From a virus (taxonomy: Duplodnaviria; Caudoviricetes), in the IMG/VR virus record IMGVR_UViG_3300016722_000142, positions 1 through 44,920 of that record: a stretch of 44,920 nucleotides of DNA, one strand, 5' to 3'. Every line of letters starts with the position of its first letter. Position 1 is the first letter of the stretch. A program made the translations under genes and the position numbers. The notes beneath the pieces were generated by a model. It did not search any database, was not told where the DNA came from, and was given only the letters and a program-made list of their open reading frames with translations. Shown here in pieces: positions 7,687-16,440 of the stretch.

Positions 7687-9435
7687 ATGGAACTTCGACC
7701 GTACCAGCAGGCGGCGGCGGACGCCGTATACAACCACCTCCGGACGCGGGACGACAACCCGTGCGTGGTCTTGCCGACCGGCACCGGCAAATCGGTGGTG
7801 ATTGCGAAAATCGTCCGGGACGCGGTGTCGCAATGGAACGGGCGCGTCCTCATCCTGGCGCATGTGAAAGAACTGCTCGAACAGAACGCCGGGAAGATCG
7901 AGGCGTTCTGCCCGGATATTCCCATCGGCGTCTATTCCGCGGGACTGAAATCACGGGACACGCAGGAATCCGTCATCGTCGCGGGAATCCAGTCTGTGTA
8001 TGACAAGGCATGCGACCTCGGGGCGTTCGACCTGATCGTCGTCGACGAGGCCCATTTGATCGCGCCGGACGGGGACGGGATGTACCGCACGTTCCTGCAG
8101 GATATGAAAGTCATCAACCCGAATGTGCGGCTCATCGGTTTGACGGCAACGCCGTTCAGACTCAAAGGCGGTCTGATCTGTCAGCCGGAAAATCTGCTGA
8201 ACGAAGTCTGCTATGAGGCCGGACTCAAGGAGATGATCCGGGACGGGTATCTGTCGCCGCTGGTTTCACGGGCCGGACGCGCCGAGGCGAAACTGGACGG
8301 CCTCCATATTCGCGGCGGCGAGTTCGTCGGGGACGAAATCGCATCGGCGATGGACACCGAGGAACTGGTATTGTCGGCATGCCGTGAAATCGTCGACCTG
8401 ACGCGGAAACGGAAGTCGGTGCTGATTTTCACCTCCGGCGTTGACCATTGCCGCCACGTGGCGGAGAAGATCACCCAATATTCCGGCATGGAATGCGCCG
8501 TGGTGACCGGGAACACGTCTCCCGGCGAACGCGCCGAAATCATCGACCGGTTCAAAGGCAAAGAGGTCGTGGCGGATTTGTTCGGGACGCCGAAGCCGCC
8601 GCTGAAATTTCTCTGCAACGTGAACGTGCTGACAACCGGATTCGACGCGGTGAACATCGACTGCGTGGTTCTCCTGCGGCCGACCAATTCGCCGGGGCTT
8701 CTGATCCAGATGGTGGGCCGTGGAACGAGGCTGTCGCCGGAGACGGGGAAACAGAATTGTCTCGTCCTTGACTATGGCGGCAACATCATGCGTCACGGTC
8801 CCGTGGACATGATTACGGTGACGGACAGAACGCCCGGAAACGGCGACGCTCCGGCGAAAAAGTGTCCGCAGTGCCTCGCGCTGATCCATGCGGCGTATCA
8901 GAAATGCCCGGAATGCGGCTACGAATTTCCGCCTCCCGAAAAGAGCAACATCACCGAGCATGCCGCAAAGGACGGAGTAATCTCCGGCGAAATCTTCTAC
9001 GACGAATACGCCGTGAGGAATGTTTACTACTGCGTCCACGAGAAGCGGTACGCCGATCCCGACACGCCGAAGACGATGCGGATCGACTACGAGGTCGGCC
9101 TCAACGACTTCCGTTCCGAATGGGTTTGCCCGGAGCATACCGGATACGCCAAGGGAAAATTCGAGAAGTGGTGGAAGAACCGCGCGGCGCTTGGCTGTCC
9201 CGTTCCGAAAACAGCGCGGGAGGCGGTCGCTTGGGCAAACAACGGGATGCTGGCCGTTCCGCTCGCCATCACGGTGAAGTCCGTGGCAGGGGAGAAGTTC
9301 GACCGCATCACGAAATGCGTCCTTGGCGAACGTCCGGCGATGCGCGAACCGGGCGACGACAGGTACGAGGTGCCGCCGTCCAACAGTCCGCGGGACTTGG
9401 GCGTGAGCGACTATGAGGACGAAATTCCATTTTAG
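7687..9435 (+). CDS. SF2 DEAD/DEAH-box helicase (RadD/YejH-like) with zinc finger
   Basis: LRPYQ, LPTGTGKS, VDEAH, GLTATP, VLTTGFD, QMVGRG.R, CPQC..CPEC; ends in acidic EDEIPF. Confidence 0.93.
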   Translation: MELRPYQQAAADAVYNHLRTRDDNPCVVLPTGTGKSVVIAKIVRDAVSQWNGRVLILAHVKELLEQNAGKIEAFCPDIPIGVYSAGLKSRDTQESVIVAGIQSVYDKACDLGAFDLIVVDEAHLIAPDGDGMYRTFLQDMKVINPNVRLIGLTATPFRLKGGLICQPENLLNEVCYEAGLKEMIRDGYLSPLVSRAGRAEAKLDGLHIRGGEFVGDEIASAMDTEELVLSACREIVDLTRKRKSVLIFTSGVDHCRHVAEKITQYSGMECAVVTGNTSPGERAEIIDRFKGKEVVADLFGTPKPPLKFLCNVNVLTTGFDAVNIDCVVLLRPTNSPGLLIQMVGRGTRLSPETGKQNCLVLDYGGNIMRHGPVDMITVTDRTPGNGDAPAKKCPQCLALIHAAYQKCPECGYEFPPPEKSNITEHAAKDGVISGEIFYDEYAVRNVYYCVHEKRYADPDTPKTMRIDYEVGLNDFRSEWVCPEHTGYAKGKFEKWWKNRAALGCPVPKTAREAVAWANNGMLAVPLAITVKSVAGEKFDRITKCVLGERPAMREPGDDRYEVPPSNSPRDLGVSDYEDEIPF

Positions 9436-9443
9436 GAGAACAG

Positions 9444-9584
9444 ATGAATGCAAAACAGATATTTCCGGTCATCCTGATCGGTCTCGACATCGGCGCGGCA
9501 GTCGTATGCCTCTGCTGCAGGGACATAAAAAACGCCATTTACTGGTTCGCGGCGGCGACGCTGACCGCGACCGTGACATTCTGA
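9444..9584 (+). CDS. Small hydrophobic phage protein (46 aa, below the ORF-track cutoff)
   Basis: AGGAG RBS; MNAKQIFPVILIGLDIGAAVVCLCCRDIKNAIYWFAAATLTATVTF fills the gap exactly. Confidence 0.7.
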   Translation: MNAKQIFPVILIGLDIGAAVVCLCCRDIKNAIYWFAAATLTATVTF

Positions 9585-9599
9585 ACAAGGAGCAAGAAT

Positions 9600-10013
9600 A
9601 TGGATTTTAAGTACATCCGCCAGCCGGAATACGCCGTTGAATTCCGCGTGTTTGACAAAGTGAGCGGGGAGATTTTCTCCGCCGTAGGATTCGACGATGA
9701 AAGCGTCTACGCCGTCTTGGACGGTGCGGTCGAGGCACTCGACCGGGCCGATTGCGAAATCGACCAGTGGATCGGCCTGCTCGACCAGGAGGAACGGAAA
9801 GTGTTCACCAGCGACATCGTGGAGGTCCGCAACAGCTTCGGACGCCCGGTCGGCCTGTTCATCGTCCGTTACAGCAGCCGCGAGGGACGGTATATCCTCG
9901 ACGGCGTGACCCGGGGCGCGCATATCAGCCGCGTCACCGTCTGGCAGAACATCCGTGTCGTCGGCAACGCCCATGAGAAACATTTCAACGTGAAAGGATA
10001 CGCCCATGCCTGA
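9600..10013 (+). CDS. YopX family protein
   Basis: EFRVFDK, DQWIGLLD..RKVFTSDIV, IRVVGNAHE. Confidence 0.8.
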   Translation: MDFKYIRQPEYAVEFRVFDKVSGEIFSAVGFDDESVYAVLDGAVEALDRADCEIDQWIGLLDQEERKVFTSDIVEVRNSFGRPVGLFIVRYSSREGRYILDGVTRGAHISRVTVWQNIRVVGNAHEKHFNVKGYAHA

Positions 10014-10341
10014 ATCCGTCATCGAATGGGAGATTTCGGAACAGAACCTCACGCAGGAACTGACCAGCAAAGACCGCCGCTGGCATATCAGCAAAAAACA
10101 GACGGGCCGGAAAGAACCGGAATTCTTCATGAGCAATTACGATTTGCTCCTGACGCCGCACGGCTCCGGTTCGGACTATTTCCAGTGTTTTCAGACCTTC
10201 ATCGCGGACTGCGGCAGGTTCGTCGAACTGGCCGGAAAAATCAAAGCCGAGGCCGAACGGCATCTCGTCCAGCTGGAACAGGCGGCGAAGGCGGCGACCC
10301 GTGAATACAGAAACAACCAAGAGGATATCCATCATGAGTAA
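10006..10341 (+). CDS. Hypothetical protein
   Basis: AAAGGA RBS, overlapping neighbours in the operon; C-terminal coiled coil. Confidence 0.65.
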   Translation: MPESVIEWEISEQNLTQELTSKDRRWHISKKQTGRKEPEFFMSNYDLLLTPHGSGSDYFQCFQTFIADCGRFVELAGKIKAEAERHLVQLEQAAKAATREYRNNQEDIHHE

Positions 10342-10705
10342 CGCACCGGCAAATCTCGCCTATGGCAAACGCATCGTCCGCATGGTCGTGATGAACGGCG
10401 TGCCGAAGTTCTCCGCGACCGACATCTGCAACATCCTCGGCTACGTCAACCCGAACAAGACGCTGGGGCGATTCTGCAACTCGTCGCCGGAATACGTCCG
10501 CATGGACACGGCCGGCGGTCCGCAGAACGTCCGGATGATCGGAACGGAGGACATCCGCGCCATCCTGTCGCGCAGCCGCCACAAGGCCGTCCGCCGTCTG
10601 CGGGAATGGTTTGAGACGAAAGTCATTCCCGCGGTCGCGTTCCCGGCTTTCAGTATGGTCGGCGTGACGGTGCTGATTCCGTTCCGCGAGGTGGAGGCGA
10701 AATGA
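10334..10705 (+). CDS. BRO-N domain protein (antirepressor-like)
   Basis: VRMVVMNGVPKFSATDICNILGY.NP, TAGGPQ, SR..A.RLREWF..KVIP. Confidence 0.85.
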   Translation: MSNAPANLAYGKRIVRMVVMNGVPKFSATDICNILGYVNPNKTLGRFCNSSPEYVRMDTAGGPQNVRMIGTEDIRAILSRSRHKAVRRLREWFETKVIPAVAFPAFSMVGVTVLIPFREVEAK

Positions 10706-13071
10706 TTGACAAGGAAGAAATCGTCCGCGCCTTGAAGCTGTGGTTTCAGCCGGGGGATGTCTTCGAAGTCCGCGTCCTGAAAGCCGTCACGCCGGGATAT
10801 CTGAAACCGCATACCGAGTCGGGATATTTCGATTATGACAACATTCCGGCGGCGGTGGACGCGCTGGAAAAACTCCGCGCCTATGCCGGGGCGTATGTCA
10901 CCGTCAATCCCGTGTCGCCGGATCTGCTGGCGAGAGCCTGCAACCGGCTCTGTCCGGCGGAATCGGAATCGACCACCGCCGATTCGGACATCGTTTGCCG
11001 GCGCTGGCTTCTCGTGGACTGCGACGCCGTGCGGAAAGCGAAGATTTCCAGCACCGGCGCCGAGCATGAGGCGGCATTGGACAAGGCATGTGAAATCCGC
11101 GACGGACTGTCGTCCCTCGGCTGGCCGATGCCTATCATGCTGGATTCCGGAAACGGGGCGCAGATGACCTACCGCGTGGACCTTCCGGCGGATGACGGAG
11201 GGCTTATTCAGCGTGTCATCGCGGAGATTGCAAAAGCGTCGTCGGACGCGGTCAAGGTGGATCTGACGGTCTACAATCCGGCCCGCATCTGGCGCATTCC
11301 CGGCACCATGAACCGCAAGGGAGACAACATTCCCGTGCGGCCGCATCGCATGGCGCGGATTCTCGAAGTCCCGGAAAAAATCGTTCCCGTGACGGAGGAA
11401 CAGCTCCGTAGCATCGCAGGAACGCCGCAAACGCAGACCGGACCGGAAGTCTGCTCCTATATGGAATCCGTCGGATTCAGCATCGACGAGTGGATTGCGA
11501 AGTACGCGCCGGACGCGGGGCCGCCGCGTTCCTACAAAGGCGGCCGCAAATGGATTTTCAATGTCTGCCCGTTCAATCCTGATCACGACAACAAATCAGC
11601 GGCGCTGACCGAAACCCCGGAAGGTGCAATCGGATTCCGCTGTCTGCACGACCACTGCGCCGGGAACGACTGGCGCAAATTCCGCGTCATGCGCGAACCG
11701 GGATGCTACGAACGGAAAACGGATGCGCAGGATGTGGACATCCTCGGAATCCTGAACCAGACCGGGAAGCCGGAGCGGAAAACGGAGAGCGCGGCGAAAA
11801 AGCCGGAGGAAGCGGAGTTCAAGTCTCCGGGCGAAATCCCGGAGAGGATGCTCCATATTCCCGGTTTCATCGACGAATACGCGGACTTCATCATGGCGAC
11901 CGCTCCCTATCCGAACCGCGTCCTCGCTTTCTGCGGGGCGCTGGCCTTCCTCGCTTTTCTGACTGGACGCCGGGTGAAGGACGAGCGGAACAACCGGACG
12001 AACATCTACCTTGTCGCGCTGGCGCAGCCCGGAACGGGCAAAGACCACCCCCGGCAGACGAACATCGGCGTGGCGACGGCAACCGGGCTGGGAACGTCCG
12101 TGGCGGAATCGTTCGGCTCCGGCGAAGGGTTGGAGGACGCGCTCTTCACGCACCCGTCCATGCTGTTCGAGGTGGACGAATTCGACACCGTTTTCAACAC
12201 GCTCAAATACGCGAAGGAAGGCCGCGGCGAGACGGTCATGGAAAAACTGCTCCGCTTCTACGGCTCATCGAAAGGAATCTATAAAATGAGGAAACTGGCG
12301 CTGAAAAAACAGGATGGAGATGCGGACGACGACCGCAAAATAGTCAATCCCTGTCTCGTCATCTTCGGGACGGCCATCCCGAAATGCTTCTACGAATCGC
12401 TCGGCCAGCGTGTCCTGCTGAACGGCCTGTCCGCGCGGTGCATGATTCTCGACGCCGGAAAACGCGGACGAGGCAACCGGGAAATGGCCGATGCGGATCA
12501 AATCCCGCCGAATCTGTCCAGGGCAATCGAAACCATGAAGAAATACGGGACGGAGAAAAATCTCTCCGCGGAATTTCCCAGTCCGATGATCATCCGGGCG
12601 ACGCCGGAAGCCGCCGACCTCCTGCGGACGCTCAACGGCAGGTACGATGACATGTACGACCGTTACGAAGCGCGGAAGGACGCCATTCCGATGGCGTTCT
12701 GGGGGCGCGTCTTTGAAAAGGTCTGCAAGCTCTCCATGCTGTATGCCGTGAGCGCAAACGTGGATCGTCCCGTCGTCACCGCCGGGGCGGTCGAGTGGGC
12801 GGCGTCCTTCGCCGAATTCCTCACGAAGCAGATGCTGTTCATGGTCGACGCTTATTCCTTTGAAAACGCCTTCGACGAGAAGTGCCGGAAAATCGTCCGG
12901 TACATCGGCGAAGCCGGAAAGCCCATCGCGCACGGCGTCCTGCTGAAAAAGTCCCACGAATCGGCGGAAATGCTCAAGCAGATCATCGACACGCTGACGG
13001 AAAACGGAACGATCACCGTTTCGTTCGTCGGCGAAGGCGCGAAAACGGCCAAGGTCTACGCCATGGCATGA
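10702..13071 (+). CDS. Primase-helicase fusion (AEP-like primase, zinc-binding motif, DUF3987-like P-loop domain)
   Basis: LLVDCD, DSGNG, RIWRIPGT (AEP-like); CPF..H..C.H..C; Walker A AQPGTGKD and Walker B FEVDE. Confidence 0.8.
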   Translation: MIDKEEIVRALKLWFQPGDVFEVRVLKAVTPGYLKPHTESGYFDYDNIPAAVDALEKLRAYAGAYVTVNPVSPDLLARACNRLCPAESESTTADSDIVCRRWLLVDCDAVRKAKISSTGAEHEAALDKACEIRDGLSSLGWPMPIMLDSGNGAQMTYRVDLPADDGGLIQRVIAEIAKASSDAVKVDLTVYNPARIWRIPGTMNRKGDNIPVRPHRMARILEVPEKIVPVTEEQLRSIAGTPQTQTGPEVCSYMESVGFSIDEWIAKYAPDAGPPRSYKGGRKWIFNVCPFNPDHDNKSAALTETPEGAIGFRCLHDHCAGNDWRKFRVMREPGCYERKTDAQDVDILGILNQTGKPERKTESAAKKPEEAEFKSPGEIPERMLHIPGFIDEYADFIMATAPYPNRVLAFCGALAFLAFLTGRRVKDERNNRTNIYLVALAQPGTGKDHPRQTNIGVATATGLGTSVAESFGSGEGLEDALFTHPSMLFEVDEFDTVFNTLKYAKEGRGETVMEKLLRFYGSSKGIYKMRKLALKKQDGDADDDRKIVNPCLVIFGTAIPKCFYESLGQRVLLNGLSARCMILDAGKRGRGNREMADADQIPPNLSRAIETMKKYGTEKNLSAEFPSPMIIRATPEAADLLRTLNGRYDDMYDRYEARKDAIPMAFWGRVFEKVCKLSMLYAVSANVDRPVVTAGAVEWAASFAEFLTKQMLFMVDAYSFENAFDEKCRKIVRYIGEAGKPIAHGVLLKKSHESAEMLKQIIDTLTENGTITVSFVGEGAKTAKVYAMA

Positions 13072-13073
13072 CC

Positions 13074-13307
13074 GGTTCCCGATCCGGACAACCGCTTCCC
13101 ACGGGAACCGCCGCCGGATCGGCCGGGAAACATGGGAACCACGGGGAAGCATACGGGAAGAATCATAGGGATATAAACAAATAATAATAATATATTTATG
13201 ATTATTCTTCTCTTTACTTCCCCACTTCCCATAGCTAATGCGTTTCTCTCTTTTTTTACTGTTTTTGCCCCTGTTTCCATATATGGCGGGAAGTGGGGAA
13301 GTGAAGA
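13074..13307. other. Putative replication origin
   Basis: Non-coding, right after the primase-helicase; GGGAA at 13103, 13125, 13134, 13144, 13155; AT-rich core at about 13171-13215; 15-bp inverted repeat. Confidence 0.55.
13216..13302. repeat. Perfect 15-bp inverted repeat ACTTCCCCACTTCCC / GGGAAGTGGGGAAGT
   Basis: Arms at 13216-13230 and 13288-13302. Confidence 0.9.
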
Positions 13308-13657
13308 AATCCGCACGGCGTACGGGCGGAGTCGCATCGCGTCGGCGGCGGGAAGCCGCGGGAACGCGCGCTGTCGCCCGACACGGTTGACGCGGCACTC
13401 ACGCCGATGTTCGCGTTATGACGCGACAGGACGCGTGGAAACGCCCCCGGAGGGCGCGGGGTGGCTGGACGCCCGAGAAGCCCCATAGGGGCCGGAAATC
13501 GAGCGGTTCCCCCGTAGGGGATCGCCTCCCGAGGGCGGCGGAAGGAGTCGGAAGGTCAACCAAAGTTTCCGCACGCGTCCGGGAATTTTTTTCTTCCAAA
13601 ACCTTGCAATTCTAACTTTGAAAATCAGGATTGCAAACCAAATTCAAAGGACTTTTT

Positions 13658-14899
13658 ATGCAAATTGTGAACATGAAAATCACGGATGTCCATCCCTATG
13701 AGAAAAATCCGCGATTCAACGACGACGCGGTTGACGCCGTAGCAAAATCCATTTCGGAATTCGGCTGGCGCAGTCCGATTGTCGTGGATAAAGACCGCGT
13801 CATTGTGTGCGGACACACCAGATGGAAAGCCGCGCAGAAACTTGGGCTGGCGGAAGTTCCGGTGCATGTGGCTTCCGACCTTACGCCGGAACAGATTCAG
13901 GCGTATCGCATTGCGGACAACAAGACCGGCGAAATCGCGGAGTGGAATTACGATCTTCTTCCGCTGGAAATCAAGGAATTGCAGGATGCGGACTTCGACC
14001 TTTCGCTGCTGGGATTCGACACGGACGAACTGGACCGCTTGCTGAACGGCACGTCTGCCGACGAGGTGACGGACGGCGAAACCGAACCGGACGCCGTGCC
14101 GGACGTGCCGGAGGAAGCCGCCAGCCGCCGCGGAGAAGTCTACCGGCTGGGCGAACATCTGCTCTTGTGCGGAGACTCCACTAAAACGGAGGATATTGCC
14201 AAGCTGATGGGTGAAGCGAAAGCAAATTTGTATCTCGTCGATCCACCGTATAACGTTGCATTGCAAGGCAGTAACGGTCTGACGATTCGGAACGACGACA
14301 TGGAGGACGGCAAATTCCGCGAATTCCTGACGGCGGCGTTCCGCTGCGCCTCGGACTCCATCGAGCCGGGAGCGTCGTTCTATGTGTTCCACAGCGACTC
14401 CGAATCCAGCAATTTCCGGCTGGCGGCGCGGGACGCCGGACTGGAAGTCCACGAGACGCTCTACTGGGTCAAGAACAGTTTTGTCCTCGGCCGCTTCGAC
14501 TATCATTACCAGTCGGAATCCGTCCTCTACGGCTGGACGCCGGGAGCGCCGCACAGCTGGTATTCCGACCGCTGCCAGACGAACATCCTCAGCTTCGACA
14601 AGCCGAAGCACAACGACGTGCATCCGTCGATGAAGCCGGTGGAGATGCTGGTCTACCTCGTGAAGAACTCCTCGAAGCGGGGTGAAACGGTGCTGGACAA
14701 CTTCGGCGGCAGCGGTTCGACGCTGATCGCCTGCGAACAGACCGGAAGGAAGTGCCGCATGATCGAGCTGGACGAAAAGTACTGCGACGTCATCCGCCGC
14801 AGATGGGCGGAATTCGTCCACGGCGAAGGCTGCGACTGGCAGGCGCTGACGCCGCCGGCGCTCCCGGAAGCCGACGCGATTACCGTGTCCCCGGCTTGA
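13658..14899 (+). CDS. ParB-like N-terminal domain fused to N6-adenine/N4-cytosine DNA methyltransferase
   Basis: PYEKNPR..SISEFGW..PIVVD..GHTRWKAA..RIADN (ParB-like); DPPY, HPSMKP, LDNFGGSGSTLIA (amino-MTase). Confidence 0.93.
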   Translation: MQIVNMKITDVHPYEKNPRFNDDAVDAVAKSISEFGWRSPIVVDKDRVIVCGHTRWKAAQKLGLAEVPVHVASDLTPEQIQAYRIADNKTGEIAEWNYDLLPLEIKELQDADFDLSLLGFDTDELDRLLNGTSADEVTDGETEPDAVPDVPEEAASRRGEVYRLGEHLLLCGDSTKTEDIAKLMGEAKANLYLVDPPYNVALQGSNGLTIRNDDMEDGKFREFLTAAFRCASDSIEPGASFYVFHSDSESSNFRLAARDAGLEVHETLYWVKNSFVLGRFDYHYQSESVLYGWTPGAPHSWYSDRCQTNILSFDKPKHNDVHPSMKPVEMLVYLVKNSSKRGETVLDNFGGSGSTLIACEQTGRKCRMIELDEKYCDVIRRRWAEFVHGEGCDWQALTPPALPEADAITVSPA

Positions 14900-15266
14900 A
14901 CTCCTTGGCGTCGAGAGAGGATATCTCCTTGAAATGCTTTTTGTTCGCGCTGCACAGACGAAGCGAGTTTTCGCATGCGGTGGCGAAAATCAAGGCGTCC
15001 GCAAGCTGGATGCCGGACTTCAAGGCATACTCCTCCATGAATATCGTCGCCCGGTGGGAAACGTTCTCGGTGATGGGGAGTATTTCAAAATCCAATGCGC
15101 TCAGAAAATTTTTGATCTGCGTCTGCTCCGTCTTGTTCCGCGCGCCCTGTATGAGCTCCATATAGGTCACCGCCGAAACGAAACGGCTGTCGTCATTGTC
15201 AATTTCCTTCTGCGCGCTTGGATAGCCGCGAAACGCCCAGATGAGTACGTCCGTGTCGAAAAGCAT
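14880..15266 (-). CDS. vapC: VapC PIN-domain toxin
   Basis: MLFDTDVLI, SAVTYMELIQG, LADALIFATA, SANKKHF; start overlaps the antitoxin stop. Confidence 0.93.
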   Translation of the reverse strand: MLFDTDVLIWAFRGYPSAQKEIDNDDSRFVSAVTYMELIQGARNKTEQTQIKNFLSALDFEILPITENVSHRATIFMEEYALKSGIQLADALIFATACENSLRLCSANKKHFKEISSLDAKEFKPGTR

Positions 15267-15511
15267 CAGAAACTCCTGGGCTTGCGGATTTTTCGGACAT
15301 AGGCGGAGACATCGTCGAGGTCGTTCCGGTCGGCCCACATTCCAAACGCGGGGAGATCGGCGACTTTGGCTTTCACCTTTTTCGCGTCCTCGAAGGGGAC
15401 GATGACCGCCTTGCGATGGCCGCGATGAGTAAGCGTGACCCGTTCATGCCGGTCGATGGCCGACATGACTTCGCTCATTTTTTTCCTCAAATCAAGAACG
15501 CTGGCTTCCAT
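15266..15511 (-). CDS. Phd/YefM-family antitoxin
   Basis: ASVLDLRKKMSEVMSAID..ERVTLTHRG..KAVIVP; GGGAGG RBS; directly upstream of vapC. Confidence 0.9.
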   Translation of the reverse strand: MEASVLDLRKKMSEVMSAIDRHERVTLTHRGHRKAVIVPFEDAKKVKAKVADLPAFGMWADRNDLDDVSAYVRKIRKPRSF

Positions 15512-15528
15512 AATGAACCTCCCTGTCA

Positions 15529-15570
15529 AGTGTACACTCATATTATACACTTCTATCTGGTAAAAGTCAA
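15529..15570 (-). promoter_or_regulatory. sigma70 promoter and palindromic operator of the TA operon
   Basis: Minus strand TTGACT-17 bp-TATAAT, followed by the perfect palindrome AGTGTACACT (15529-15538). Confidence 0.85.
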
Positions 15571-15591
15571 GCGCCGCGATGCGCAAGGAAG

Positions 15592-15620
15592 AAAAAAATC
15601 CCGGAAACGACGCTCCGGGA
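15592..15620 (-). terminator. Rho-independent terminator after the HARE-HTH gene
   Basis: Minus strand TCCCGGA-GCGTCGTT-TCCGGGA-TTTTTTT. Confidence 0.8.
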
Positions 15621-15629
15621 CGGCTTGCC

Positions 15630-16085
15630 CTACCGGGCGATTTCAAATTTACCCTTCTGTCCGCTTTTGACGATGCGCGGATCTTCTTTCGTGGCAATCT
15701 CGCGGAAGATGCTTCCGTAAAGCGTCTGTTCCGGCGTTTTGCAGGCGGTCGAAATCCACAACCCCTGTTCGACGGTGGCCTTGACCATTTCGCGGGTGTT
15801 CATCGGATGGTCGCTGTTTTTCAGTACCTCGACGGCGGCATTCATGAGCGACATCTTTTTGGCTGGCTTTGCCGGAGTCGCGGATTCGGGAGCCGGATTC
15901 GGAGCCTCATCTTCGGCGGGCGTGATGACGCGCAGAATTCTCGTCGTGGCGAATTCCTTGCCGCTGGCGAGGCTCTTGACGAGGCATCCGGTTTCGGCGA
16001 CTTCGAGAACCGATGCTTCGATTTCGCGGCATCCGACCTTGACGAGGACTTTGCTTCCGGTCGTGACATTCATTTCATTGCTCAT
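15630..16085 (-). CDS. HARE-HTH (HB1/ASXL/restriction endonuclease winged helix) domain protein with small N-terminal beta domain
   Basis: MSLMNAAVEVLK...PMNTREMV...GLW...KTPEQTLYGSIFREI...GKF; AAGGAG RBS before ATG 16085. Confidence 0.82.
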   Translation of the reverse strand: MSNEMNVTTGSKVLVKVGCREIEASVLEVAETGCLVKSLASGKEFATTRILRVITPAEDEAPNPAPESATPAKPAKKMSLMNAAVEVLKNSDHPMNTREMVKATVEQGLWISTACKTPEQTLYGSIFREIATKEDPRIVKSGQKGKFEIAR

Positions 16086-16135
16086 TTTTCGACTCCTTCG
16101 GGGTTTTGGTTTTGAGCGTATCTCGTTGCGCTGGT

Positions 16136-16170
16136 TCATAGTAAAGCGTTCAAGCCGCATATAGCCAGAG
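16136..16170 (-). promoter_or_regulatory. Repeated motif class II, copy 2
   Basis: Minus strand CTCTGGCTATATGCGGCTTGAACGCTTTACTATGA upstream of the HARE-HTH gene. Confidence 0.6.
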
Positions 16171-16215
16171 CGATTCCGATATTATATCGACAATTCTTCA
16201 ACATAAGGACTTTAT

Positions 16216-16440
16216 ATGGAGAGACATCTGAATCCATTGGCGCTTTCCCCGGAAAATCTGGTGAAAGTTCTCGTCAAGTCGGGATGCCGGATTATGACGC
16301 TGGAAATGCTCCAGCGGGACATCGACTCCGGAATGCCGGTCAACGCCGACGGCACGGTCAATCTGGTAAAATACATGGCGTGGATGATAAAGGAGATAGA
16401 CCGCGATGGCAATGAATCCGAGTCGGCTCAAGCCGATTGA
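16216..16440 (+). CDS. Putative terminase small subunit-like DNA-binding protein
   Basis: Immediately upstream of and overlapping terL; LNPLALSP..GMPVNADGTVNLVKYMAW resembles a Nu1-type winged helix. Confidence 0.6.
   Translation: MERHLNPLALSPENLVKVLVKSGCRIMTLEMLQRDIDSGMPVNADGTVNLVKYMAWMIKEIDRDGNESESAQAD

Noticed and set aside
13074-13620. CRISPR array, tRNA or protein-coding ORFs in the intergenic region
   Set aside because: Repeats are 5-15 bp without regular spacers; no cloverleaf recognised; ORFs are low-complexity and lack an RBS
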